Virus record (IMG/VR): IMGVR_UViG_3300017963_007659
Span: 64,001-128,000 of that record
Length of the DNA stretch: 64,000 nt
Source of the DNA: a virus
Direction: 5' to 3' (one strand)
Shown piece after piece: positions 29,424 to 37,825 of this stretch. Position 1 is the first letter of the stretch. Each line of letters begins with the position of its first letter. The notes beneath the pieces are model-generated. The model saw only the letters and a program-made list of their open reading frames with translations. It made no database searches and was not told where the DNA came from. The translations under genes and the position numbers were made by a program.

Positions 29424-29653
29424 TCCAGCAAATCCTCTCGCATCTTCTCCGCATCGCGAATTAAGTCTGCCTGCACACTGGAGACATAGACAATGGGGTC
29501 CAAACACTCTCCCTTCTTACCTTCTGGGAATTTGACGATGAAGCGAATCTTGAAGTAGTCTCCGTCAAGACAGAGGTATTCGCCCAAGCGCGGCTCCTGT
29601 ACTTTGAGGCTCCATGTGTCTCCGGAGGTGAGGTTGACTACCTCGTACAGCAT
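29420..29653 (-). CDS. hypothetical protein
   Basis: 77 aa in an operon. Confidence 0.55.
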   Translation of the reverse strand: MLYEVVNLTSGDTWSLKVQEPRLGEYLCLDGDYFKIRFIVKFPEGKKGECLDPIVYVSSVQADLIRDAEKMREDLLE

Positions 29654-29964
29654 CAGAGGTACCTCGTCGTTTCTCGAAGGGCTCGTTTTCGAGCTGCTGC
29701 CTCGTCTCTCTTGGTTGCCTCTTTGAGCTTCTCTATGTGCCCTTCAAGAATCGCAATCATGTCAGCCTTGTCGCTACAGCCAGACTCTCCATATTGCTGG
29801 AGAATCAAGCTCACGACGGCTTGCTGGTAGTCATCGTCTCCATGGTAGCAGAGTCGCCCAATGAAGCCGACGATGGCTTGCTGCGAGCAGTCTTCCAGAA
29901 TCCTGTTCGGGATCTCACGAAGGTCGATTCCAACAGACCAACCGAAACTTGACTCCGACATCAT
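29653..29964 (-). CDS. hypothetical protein
   Basis: 103 aa in an operon. Confidence 0.55.
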   Translation of the reverse strand: MMSESSFGWSVGIDLREIPNRILEDCSQQAIVGFIGRLCYHGDDDYQQAVVSLILQQYGESGCSDKADMIAILEGHIEKLKEATKRDEAAARKRALRETTRYL

Positions 29965-29967
29965 ACG

Positions 29968-30366
29968 TCACTTCCCTTTTCTCAGAATGTCGTGTTCGAT
30001 GGCTTCGTACTCATCCTCCGCTGGAGGCTGGAGCATCGCTACCTGAATGTAGAGCTTGCGGATGTTCGCGAGCAGCGTGTAAGGGCTATATTGCGGGTAC
30101 TTCTCTTCCTCAGTGGGAGTTTGATACTCAACCCCTTCGTCGTCCAGGATGTCTTCAAGAATCTCGCTATGATTCTTCAAGACGATCTCAGCGAAGAAGT
30201 TGAAGAGCCGTATAGTGACCTCCCAACTTTGAGCACCCTCGTCGAACCGACGAATGAGTTCAACGAAGTCCTCGGTCTCATACTGGTCCCACAGCATATC
30301 CCACAGCTCTTCACTGTCGATAGTGAACATACCACGCGTCGTCTTCGGAAGTGTTCTCCGTTTCAT
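29968..30366 (-). CDS. hypothetical acidic protein
   Basis: 132 aa in an operon. Confidence 0.6.
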   Translation of the reverse strand: MKRRTLPKTTRGMFTIDSEELWDMLWDQYETEDFVELIRRFDEGAQSWEVTIRLFNFFAEIVLKNHSEILEDILDDEGVEYQTPTEEEKYPQYSPYTLLANIRKLYIQVAMLQPPAEDEYEAIEHDILRKGK

Positions 30367-30374
30367 TGCATCCC

Positions 30375-30803
30375 TCAGTTAATCAGCCCTTGCTTCTTTT
30401 TCTGGGCTATCAGCTTTCGATGGTCAGCGGCTTCTTGCTCCGCTTGCTCCAACTCAAACAGAAAACCCCCTACAGAGTCGAGTATGTAGGACTGCTGCTC
30501 CTCATTCGGAGTAGCATAGACATCAGGACCTTCCATCTTCTTGCACCACCCCACCATCGCGTTCAAGCTGGAAGAAAGACGGAAGAATTCCGTGCTATCA
30601 AATGTCGGCTTCTTCACGAAGGACAGGAGAAGGGTCAAGATCGCCGTCACAAGAACATCGTCCTCGTCACGCGCCTCCAACAGCTCAACTATGGTCTGAA
30701 TGAAGTTGTCCTCGTTGACATCATCAGCAAAGGCACGGATGATCTCTTCAGCATAGACTGTCGCGGGGAGATCTAGCTTGAGGTGCTTGAGGTCCTTCTT
30801 CAT
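30375..30803 (-). CDS. hypothetical protein
   Basis: 142 aa; YAGTCAAAGTA 4 nt before the ATG. Confidence 0.65.
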   Translation of the reverse strand: MKKDLKHLKLDLPATVYAEEIIRAFADDVNEDNFIQTIVELLEARDEDDVLVTAILTLLLSFVKKPTFDSTEFFRLSSSLNAMVGWCKKMEGPDVYATPNEEQQSYILDSVGGFLFELEQAEQEAADHRKLIAQKKKQGLIN

Positions 30804-31228
30804 ACCCTACTTTGACTAGGTTTCTCCGCAGACTGGACAAGAAAGGGCCTCACTTTTAGGCGCTTCCAGATGGTTGGGAATCTTTCCTCAACAAGTTCAA
30901 GCATTTGCTCGAAGGTGCACTCCTGTGCGATGAAGAAGTTCGAGTTGCTGTTGGGACGGTGGTCTCCAGACGTATCCCAGAAGGCAAGACAGGTCCAGAT
31001 AGTGTCACCGCTATTCTTGTAGTGGAGGGCTGCGGCTCCTTCTTTGTATCTGTGGCATTGGTCTGGAGCAAAATTCGCGTCGATATTGTCGAAGGGACCT
31101 ATCCGATTGAACGGAAGAGGGCGCTGATGCTTACACTGACTGACACCAACCTCTTGGTAGTGAGTGCAGTGTCCAGCTTTGTTGTCAGGCCACACACCGA
31201 AGAAGTAGACATCCAGGTCAGTCTTCAT
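30800..31228 (-). CDS. hypothetical phage protein
   Basis: ATG at 31228; WTCLAFWDTSGDHRPNSNSNF. Confidence 0.6.
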   Translation of the reverse strand: MKTDLDVYFFGVWPDNKAGHCTHYQEVGVSQCKHQRPLPFNRIGPFDNIDANFAPDQCHRYKEGAAALHYKNSGDTIWTCLAFWDTSGDHRPNSNSNFFIAQECTFEQMLELVEERFPTIWKRLKVRPFLVQSAEKPSQSRV

Positions 31229-31412
31229 TGTCGTCCAATGTGAGAATGTAATCCCACTCGAAGGGCTTCTCTGCCTCTGTAGCGCACTCAGAGAGGTAGG
31301 CAAAGGCAGACCTACAGCAGTATTCCGTGAAGCGTGTTCCGTCGAGATCTTCACTCTTCACTCGGTAGACAGCCGATCCCTCGCAGCCGCACGAACACCT
31401 TCTCTCAATCAT
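31218..31412 (-). CDS. small Cys-rich protein
   Basis: CSCGC...YCC. Confidence 0.5.
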   Translation of the reverse strand: MIERRCSCGCEGSAVYRVKSEDLDGTRFTEYCCRSAFAYLSECATEAEKPFEWDYILTLDDNED

Positions 31413-31776
31413 CGGAACCTTCCAACTTCCCGCACGAATAGCAGCAGGTTAGCCACCTATGCCCTTCTTTGCGATGGGTACCTGGAGCCCCACACTGCTC
31501 ACAGAGAGTCTTTGAGCGCTCAGAAGCTCTTCTTACAATCATACCAATCTTAGACTGTAAGTCTTTGTCCTCACACTCAAAGTAGATATTCAGGTATCCG
31601 AACTTCTCTTTAACCTGATGGATGGTCACTTTCTCCCCGTTTGAAACAGAGTAGATATCATCCATCGTTCTATAGACGAGGTCTACCCAACCCTCTCCAA
31701 CCTCATTCCAAGTTTTTCCTTCCCATACGATATTCTTGTATCGTTCGGAAATTTCTTGCAAATTATCAGAAATCAT
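31405..31776 (-). CDS. conserved-type phage protein with C-terminal zinc ribbon
   Basis: HQVKEKFGYL motif; CEQCG...CYSC. Confidence 0.65.
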   Translation of the reverse strand: MISDNLQEISERYKNIVWEGKTWNEVGEGWVDLVYRTMDDIYSVSNGEKVTIHQVKEKFGYLNIYFECEDKDLQSKIGMIVRRASERSKTLCEQCGAPGTHRKEGHRWLTCCYSCGKLEGSDD

Positions 31777-31964
31777 CGTTTCACCCTGTCTACAATGTGA
31801 GCCAAATCAAAGAAGGAGGACTTGACCTTCTCTTGATACTCCTCGTTGTAATCTTCCCATCCCCAACATTCTTGGAGCACGGTCTCATAGAGAAGGTCCC
31901 GCGCCTCAGTCAGGAGTTCTGTGGCCTTTTCGATGTTCTCATCAGCCCTTGTCTGCACACTCAT
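31773..31964 (-). CDS. hypothetical protein
   Basis: 63 aa in an operon. Confidence 0.55.
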   Translation of the reverse strand: MSVQTRADENIEKATELLTEARDLLYETVLQECWGWEDYNEEYQEKVKSSFFDLAHIVDRVKR

Positions 31965-31965
31965 C

Positions 31966-33159
31966 TCACGCTCTCTTTCTTCGCTTCTTCCCCTCTTTAG
32001 GCTGCTTCACCGTAGACCAGGGATTCTCGTAGTCGTACTTTTCTCCAAGGATCTTGAGATCATGGAGAAGACCGATCGGAGCGTCGAATCCGCTGAGCCC
32101 CTCTTCAACCAGCTCCATCTGAAGCTCTTCAATCTTCTTGAAGTCAGGATCATGCGGGAGCTTCGAGTTGGCTTCGGCGACGATGATCTCCTTGTCCTTC
32201 TTCTTGGCCCACTCCACCAGCTCTTCGTACTTCATCGCGCCACGGAGGATGCTCAGCAACCACTCTGCTTCAGGACGCTTGACGATGACCCCTTTGCCTT
32301 CCAGAATCTCGATCCCCATATTCATGAGACGACAGAGGTGGAGTGCATTCTTCGTGTCATAGCCGAACTTCGCTTCCAGCTTGGCGCGCTCCGGATGTCG
32401 ATTCTTCTTCCACTCCTGGTAGCCCTGCCACTGCTTCATGGCATTCTTGTAGCGCCTCTCAGCCATGACAGCCTGGATCATCTCCTCGGAGACAGCAGTT
32501 AGGTCTTTGAGGACAGGAGCACAGTTCTCCGGAAGCTGAGCGCTCTGGACCATCCCCGTCCAGTCAATCCCATCCAGCTCATCCTTGGTAGACTGCGAGA
32601 GCTTGGAACCTGCTGCGGTCTGCTCTAGGAGCTGCGTCACAAGCCACATGTACGCGTTCATCTCATCAGCCCCAATCACGGAGCGGTGCTCCGGGAGACC
32701 AAAAGCTGACCGCTGCGGAGGAGCCTTCGGCGGATTCAAGAGATACTTGCGGTGCCGTTCGATCAGCTTGAGCTGTGCGAATGCGTACCCCGAGAAGGAA
32801 TGCCGAGCCTTCAACGTCAAGAAGAGATCGATCTTGCTCCGAATCCTCTCCATGAGGTCATCCATGTAGAGGATGTTCCCATCGTCGATGGCGAACAGCT
32901 CAATGATGTTCGGGTTGCAGGTGGCAGCCAGATTCAAGAACTTGATCACGCCATAAACGACGATATCGTTGACCTTCTTGGCTTCTTTCTTTGGTTCGTA
33001 CTGCTGGAAGCGTTGGTTCCCGTACACGTTCTCACGGTCGAGAAGGCAGATCCCACGAAGGTCGATGTCACTCACGGGAGTAGAGGTGCCGTAGGCGTGC
33101 GACCCAGCACGGACCATGTAGATGAGCTTTCGTTCCCAGACTGGATATTTTCGAGGCAT
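31966..33159 (-). CDS. DNA polymerase beta-superfamily nucleotidyltransferase (PF10127/RlaP-like)
   Basis: GSHAYGTSTPVSDIDLRG; C-terminal YDTKNALHLCRL. Confidence 0.85.
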   Translation of the reverse strand: MPRKYPVWERKLIYMVRAGSHAYGTSTPVSDIDLRGICLLDRENVYGNQRFQQYEPKKEAKKVNDIVVYGVIKFLNLAATCNPNIIELFAIDDGNILYMDDLMERIRSKIDLFLTLKARHSFSGYAFAQLKLIERHRKYLLNPPKAPPQRSAFGLPEHRSVIGADEMNAYMWLVTQLLEQTAAGSKLSQSTKDELDGIDWTGMVQSAQLPENCAPVLKDLTAVSEEMIQAVMAERRYKNAMKQWQGYQEWKKNRHPERAKLEAKFGYDTKNALHLCRLMNMGIEILEGKGVIVKRPEAEWLLSILRGAMKYEELVEWAKKKDKEIIVAEANSKLPHDPDFKKIEELQMELVEEGLSGFDAPIGLLHDLKILGEKYDYENPWSTVKQPKEGKKRRKRA

Positions 33160-33195
33160 GATCTACTTTGACTGAGTTTGTTGGAGGAGGAAAGA

Positions 33196-34173
33196 CTAGG
33201 CGGCTTTCTTGGACGCCTCGGACTTCTTGGCCTTCTTCGGCGCGGCTGCCTTGCGGAGGAAGTCCGCAGCCTTCTTCGCCTTGGAGGCAGCTCGGTTGAA
33301 GATGCGCTTGTCTTTGCTGACAGCCTCGAACCAATTCGCCAAATATTCTGGATGTTGGCACTGCCCGTCAATCTGGAAGTCCGCGCCAACGAACGCTGCG
33401 GTCAGCTCCGCAACCAATTCCTCTTCGGCGTAGGACTTCGAGCCAAAGACGTTGTTGAGCGGTCGGTTGAGGCGGCTCTTATGACCGGTAGCGTGGGCGA
33501 ATTCGTGAATCTGAGTCGCGTAGAAGTCTTCCGAGGACTTGAAGCGGTCAAGCTCGGGAACGCTGATGCGGTCAGTCATGCTGCTGTAGCAAGCGCGGTC
33601 TCCACCGAACTGGAGCTTGAAGCCGCAGCTCTTGTGGACCTTGGACAAGAAGGCTTCGATCTCGTCGTTACGCTCAAGCTGAGTCTTCGTCGCAGCCGGG
33701 AGCAATTTCGTGTACTTCTTGGGGTCGATGGTGGTCTGCTCGACGTTGTAGACGAACTGAACGCCGCGCATCCAGGAAGTGACCGTCTCTTCGTCGCCGT
33801 TATCGTCGAGGACAGGGTTGCCGTCGGAGTCGAGCTTGGTGCGCTCGTTGGGACGGAACCATATGACTGCCCAAGAGTTGTTGTACTCGTCTTCCTGAAC
33901 AACTTCACCGTTGCGCGTCTTGCGACCCTTGACGTGTCCCCCGAGAGCCGTTGCCTGCTTCGCTGTGACCCAGAGAGGCGTATTGTAGCCGAGAGAAGAC
34001 ATGACGGCGCTGAGATACACAGCGTTTCCACCGTTGTATCCACGACCAGTACCTGCGTTCCGCTGATTACCCAACGTTTGCCAGGGCTTGACCCAAGGAG
34101 CAACGCCCTTTTCGAGCTGCTCAAGAATCATCTCAATCTGTTCCGCTTGGGCGTCTCTGCTGCGCTTTTTCAT
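33196..34173 (-). CDS. ardC: ArdC-family antirestriction ssDNA-binding protein with zincin (MPTase) domain
   Basis: PWVKPW, YNGGN, W.T.KQA..LGG.V, GGDRACY, HEFAHATGH..RLNR, YA.EELVAEL. Confidence 0.9.
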   Translation of the reverse strand: MKKRSRDAQAEQIEMILEQLEKGVAPWVKPWQTLGNQRNAGTGRGYNGGNAVYLSAVMSSLGYNTPLWVTAKQATALGGHVKGRKTRNGEVVQEDEYNNSWAVIWFRPNERTKLDSDGNPVLDDNGDEETVTSWMRGVQFVYNVEQTTIDPKKYTKLLPAATKTQLERNDEIEAFLSKVHKSCGFKLQFGGDRACYSSMTDRISVPELDRFKSSEDFYATQIHEFAHATGHKSRLNRPLNNVFGSKSYAEEELVAELTAAFVGADFQIDGQCQHPEYLANWFEAVSKDKRIFNRAASKAKKAADFLRKAAAPKKAKKSEASKKAA

Positions 34174-34197
34174 TCTGTCCTCCAACCAACTAGAAAC

Positions 34198-34226
34198 ACC
34201 CTACAAGAATCCCTTGTTCCTGTCAA
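34198..34226 (-). promoter_or_regulatory. sigma70-type early promoter driving ardC
   Basis: Minus strand TTGACA-17-TAGGGT, GATTCTTG before the -10, then TTGGTTGGAGG RBS. Confidence 0.8.
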
Positions 34227-34305
34227 CACATTTCTTGAAGGTCAGATCTCTTTTCATACTTGAAGGTATCTACCTTCTTAATAGGGGCTGCGGTGGCGAT
34301 TCTGG

Positions 34306-34334
34306 TTGACGGAGCCGCTCCATTCTGGTAGGGT
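34306..34334 (+). promoter_or_regulatory. sigma70-type early promoter
   Basis: TTGACG-17-TAGGGT with ATTCTGG. Confidence 0.75.
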
Positions 34335-34357
34335 GTTTCTATCAGTTGGAGGAAAGC

Positions 34358-34600
34358 ATGGCGAACTATCAGATTTGGATCGGCGCATCCCCATCAGGTC
34401 TTCCCTTGATCGGAGCTGTTGAAGGGGCGAACAACGCAGACGTCCGAGAGCAGGTCTACCCATCGCAGATGCGACATCGCTGCGTAGCGATGGATGGCGA
34501 CAAGATGGTTATCGTCACGCAGACCGAGGCTCGGGAAGGGAACATGGAGGTACTCTCCCACTTCCCCATCGCTGACGGGAGCATGTCTTCTCGACGGTAG
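34358..34600 (+). CDS. small early protein
   Basis: ATG after TTGGAGGAAAGC. Confidence 0.65.
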   Translation: MANYQIWIGASPSGLPLIGAVEGANNADVREQVYPSQMRHRCVAMDGDKMVIVTQTEAREGNMEVLSHFPIADGSMSSRR

Positions 34601-34650
34601 GGAGATAGCCAGGATTTGTCTACTCAGTAGCCCTGGGTAGACGATTCTTG

Positions 34651-34679
34651 TTGACAGGGGTAGGGCATTCTGGTAGTGT
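34651..34679 (+). promoter_or_regulatory. sigma70-type early promoter
   Basis: TTGACA-17-TAGTGT with ATTCTGG. Confidence 0.8.
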
Positions 34680-34703
34680 GGTCTCAGTTGGTTGGAGGAG
34701 AGA

Positions 34704-34928
34704 ATGGATAACGGAAGCATCACGACAACTTGCGGCGAGACCTTCTCATACAGAGATCACACTCGCCTAGCGAGATTGATTCACCTTCGCTTCGGAAAAG
34801 ACATTGAAGCCGGGGCAGCGGCTTGGAGGAGGCTGATGCAGAACAGCACGACAGATGATCAGTTCGAGATGCTGGTCAACATCGGCTATCTCCACGCTCT
34901 GGAAGACAAAGAAGGAGAGCCGTCATGA
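34704..34928 (+). CDS. small early protein
   Basis: ATG after GGAGG. Confidence 0.65.
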   Translation: MDNGSITTTCGETFSYRDHTRLARLIHLRFGKDIEAGAAAWRRLMQNSTTDDQFEMLVNIGYLHALEDKEGEPS

Positions 34929-35200
34929 CATCAATTTTTGACAAGCTGGACGAAGCCGCAGATAGCGCCAGGAGCCTCGGAGAATCCAACGAGAAGATGG
35001 CACGAGGCATTGAATACGCTAGCGATTGCGTGCGTTCCCGCTACAATGAGCTGTGCGCAGTGCTGAGAAAGGCGAAGAAGCGAGCAGAACGCGAACCTCT
35101 GGATGCTCAAGAGAGAGCCCAACAGACCGAAGACTACGGCGTTGTTCTCGGTCTCGAAATGGCTCTCAAGATCTTCGAGGAAGGGGAGAACCATGGATAA
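34925..35200 (+). CDS. small helical protein
   Basis: ATGA-coupled. Confidence 0.6.
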   Translation: MTSIFDKLDEAADSARSLGESNEKMARGIEYASDCVRSRYNELCAVLRKAKKRAEREPLDAQERAQQTEDYGVVLGLEMALKIFEEGENHG

Positions 35201-35399
35201 GACGCAGAAAGTTCAAGACCTTCTCCGTATGGCCAAGAGCACGAGCGGAAACGTGCACGAAGCTCACCTCGCTGCCAAGCGCGCCGTCGAGATTGCCCGT
35301 GAAAACGACCTCGGAGGTCATCTCGTAGCACGTTGCCTCGTTCTCCAAGGCAAGACCCAGCGGCGGCTGGACCGCAGCCAACTCCCCTCCTACGCCTGA
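35193..35399 (+). CDS. DUF2786-like small protein
   Basis: KVQDLLRMAKS..GNVHEAHLAAKRAVEI resembles the recalled DUF2786 pattern. Confidence 0.55.
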   Translation: MDKTQKVQDLLRMAKSTSGNVHEAHLAAKRAVEIARENDLGGHLVARCLVLQGKTQRRLDRSQLPSYA

Positions 35400-35623
35400 C
35401 GCTCTAGACGGACATCATCTTCGTCCAACAGTCCACTATACAAGACATACGGACGCCCTCTACAAGAAGCCATATCTCCCGTCAACGGGAGATGGCTCCA
35501 GGACCCTTTTCCTGTAGCAGCTTCAACCTCAGTCTCTGGAAGAAGCTCTTCCCCACATTCCGGACAGTAGGCTCTATACTCCGGAGTCACTACTGGTCGG
35601 AATCCTACGGCGAAGTGGCTCAT
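35390..35623 (-). CDS. small zinc-ribbon protein
   Basis: ATG 35623 with a motif variant 4 nt upstream; CPEC. Confidence 0.55.
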   Translation of the reverse strand: MSHFAVGFRPVVTPEYRAYCPECGEELLPETEVEAATGKGSWSHLPLTGDMASCRGRPYVLYSGLLDEDDVRLERQA

Positions 35624-35675
35624 ACCAAACTTTGACCAGTTCGTCCGGAAGTTATCTATCTTTGAGGAGATCTCC

Positions 35676-36293
35676 ATGAAGCACCTTCCCGCTGTTCTCT
35701 CCAAGCTTGTCCTTGAAGGACACAGCGACCTCGCCACAGAGCTTCTCTCCTCATCCTCCTGTCCTCTCCGCACCAAAGCCTATGGAGGTCTCCCCTCGTC
35801 TGGAGGCTACGTAGCATGGACGGAGTACGAGATCGGGGCGCAGCGCATCGCTGAAGCCTCACACTGCATCCTCGGCTCCATGGGAGGGGACCACTGGTTT
35901 GAACCTGGTCATATCCGGGATGAGTTGGACCTGATTGAGAGGACCGTCGAAGAATACTCCAAGCGTCTCTACTCAGATCGCCTGCTCAACTACAACGATG
36001 ACGACATCGAATTCGTCGAAGGCTCCGTCAAGAGCATCGGTAAAGCCTCTCCCAAGCTCAGAGCACGAGCACAGAAGCTCAAAGCGGAGGTAGAGAGACA
36101 GGAAGACATCCCACAGAAGGTCAAGACAACAGCGCTCTTGACCTACGATGTCGTCATTGAACTCACGAACGCTATGGAGCACAGTGTACGGAGTTGGCCG
36201 AAGAAGATGGAGAACGCCTTCCAGAATCGCAAACTACGGCAATCAATACGGAACCTTAGACATGCTGTCGATGCTATGGTTCGAGACTCCTAG
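35676..36293 (+). CDS. hypothetical protein
   Basis: 205 aa, GGAG RBS. Confidence 0.6.
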   Translation: MKHLPAVLSKLVLEGHSDLATELLSSSSCPLRTKAYGGLPSSGGYVAWTEYEIGAQRIAEASHCILGSMGGDHWFEPGHIRDELDLIERTVEEYSKRLYSDRLLNYNDDDIEFVEGSVKSIGKASPKLRARAQKLKAEVERQEDIPQKVKTTALLTYDVVIELTNAMEHSVRSWPKKMENAFQNRKLRQSIRNLRHAVDAMVRDS

Positions 36294-36748
36294 TCGTCAC
36301 TCTCTGTATCATCCGAAGCGGGGAAGTGCTTCTGGATGAAGTCCTCCGAGTAGCCGTCTTTCCTCAGATCAGCGACAACCGCTTCATGCTCCCGGAATCT
36401 ATCTCCGTTGTTGTCCACTCCCGTCTGAATTCCACTGTAGGTAGTATAGATACAGGAGATGGGCAAGCCTCCGCCATCGACAGTGAGGAAAGGGTCGATC
36501 AGGATAGCTGCATCGGGGCAGCAGCCACAGGACCGACGTCGAGATACTTGAAGACCCGGATGAGAGGTGATCTCCTTCGTGTAGAAGCGCTCATTCTTCC
36601 AGCGGTCTTCACCTCGCTGGAGGTTCGGATACGTCACAGCCAAGTCTCGTAGCTGCGCGAGCTTCAAGGTCGACTTCTCAATCGACGCCTCCAGGGAGAG
36701 GAGGTGCTTCTGGATCTCGCTCAGCTCTTCTTTCTGATCCTGTTTCAT
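36290..36748 (-). CDS. hypothetical protein
   Basis: 152 aa; RRSCGCCPD. Confidence 0.6.
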   Translation of the reverse strand: MKQDQKEELSEIQKHLLSLEASIEKSTLKLAQLRDLAVTYPNLQRGEDRWKNERFYTKEITSHPGLQVSRRRSCGCCPDAAILIDPFLTVDGGGLPISCIYTTYSGIQTGVDNNGDRFREHEAVVADLRKDGYSEDFIQKHFPASDDTESDD

Positions 36749-37005
36749 ACCACGTTCCGTTGCTTCGAGGGGCGACGTCGTATTCTCTGAGGGCCTTTAG
36801 GTCCACGGGGAACACGGGGAGCTTCCACCCGTCCCAAGAGGTCCGAAGCATTGACCCACAGCTCCTGCTCTCCTGGGATCTGAACGCTGTATCGTAGCTC
36901 TGTTCTCCCCTTCGAGTTGGGCTGTGCCTGTATGGCCAGCAGCACGCCTGTGCCCTTGTTCCGAACACGTACCATGTCTCCAAGCTGATAGTCTCGCACG
37001 GTCAA
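36745..37005 (-). CDS. small SH3/KOW-like protein
   Basis: YQLGDMVRVR...GVLLAI; motif plus GGAGG upstream. Confidence 0.55.
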   Translation of the reverse strand: MTVRDYQLGDMVRVRNKGTGVLLAIQAQPNSKGRTELRYSVQIPGEQELWVNASDLLGRVEAPRVPRGPKGPQRIRRRPSKQRNVV

Positions 37006-37018
37006 ACCTCCATCTCTC

Positions 37019-37046
37019 TACTTTGACTGGATTTCTGGTCAAAGTA
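37019..37046. promoter_or_regulatory. back-to-back inverted pair of the YAGTCAAAGTA motif
   Basis: TACTTTGAC-TGGATTTCTG-GTCAAAGTA between divergent genes. Confidence 0.65.
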
Positions 37047-37172
37047 CAATGCCACTTTTGTTATAGGAGACGGAGGGTGCCCCAAACTATAACAAATGTG
37101 GTAGGTTATTAAGGAAGTAGAAGGGAACCGGACGGATGAGACTCTCCACACGCACACAATCCAAACCAACCC

Positions 37173-37209
37173 CTGAACGCTCAGCAAGACAATTAGCTGA
37201 ACGCTCAGC
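37173..37209. repeat. 13-bp direct repeat with internal dyad
   Basis: CTGAACGCTCAGC at 37173 and 37197; the second copy reads GCTGA-ACGC-TCAGC. Confidence 0.7.
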
Positions 37210-37250
37210 CGTTGGACCCGTTGGATTGTCGTTTGTGTTGGAGAGACCCC

Positions 37251-37661
37251 ATGTGCCGTATCGAAAGACTCGCCGAAATCGCCCACCGGGCAGCCATCCA
37301 GGATACTGACGAGGGCTGCTCTTTCCTCCTTGGAGCTGTCGTAGCCAAGGGCAGCCGCATCCTCGCAACCGGAGCTTGCTCCACGAAGACGGACCCCAAG
37401 AATCCGAAACTGCAAGCGAAGACGGAACGTTGGCAGATCTGCGCGGAGGTGCGCGCGTGCCTCAATGCTCTCAGGGGAACCGCATCCTTGAAGGGCTGCA
37501 CCGTCTACGTCGTGCGTGTTACGAAGACAGGTAGTCAATACATGATGGCACGCCCCTGTGAGCACTGCCAACGATTCTTGAAAGAGAGGCGGGTAAAGCG
37601 GGTCTATTACAGCAACCAACACGGAGAAATAATAAAAATGGATCTTTTTCTTGACCCGTAA
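37251..37661 (+). CDS. zinc-dependent cytidine/deoxycytidylate deaminase family protein
   Basis: GAVV..G..IL..G, CAE (instead of HAE), YVVR, ARPCEHC, VKRVYYS. Confidence 0.85.
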   Translation: MCRIERLAEIAHRAAIQDTDEGCSFLLGAVVAKGSRILATGACSTKTDPKNPKLQAKTERWQICAEVRACLNALRGTASLKGCTVYVVRVTKTGSQYMMARPCEHCQRFLKERRVKRVYYSNQHGEIIKMDLFLDP

Positions 37662-37771
37662 GTCTTCAAGAAGCTTGAGCTATCCAACTCTGACGACTGC
37701 TTGGTGGTCTTAGAGGGGGTTCCGCTACCCGTCTTGAAGTCGCATGTTATTAATTAGCTAGTACATTTCAC

Positions 37772-37820
37772 TTTTAACAAAGAAAAGGGGCCAGCCATTT
37801 TTATTCATGACCAGCCCCTT
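37772..37820 (-). terminator. putative intrinsic terminator on the minus strand
   Basis: Minus strand AAGGGGCTGGTCAT-loop-ATGGCTGGCCCCTT (14 bp with GU pairs), followed by TTCTTTGTT. Confidence 0.55.
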
Positions 37821-37825
37821 GTTAG

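Noticed and set aside
33178-34263. 361-aa plus-strand ORF
   Set aside because: Antisense shadow of ardC.
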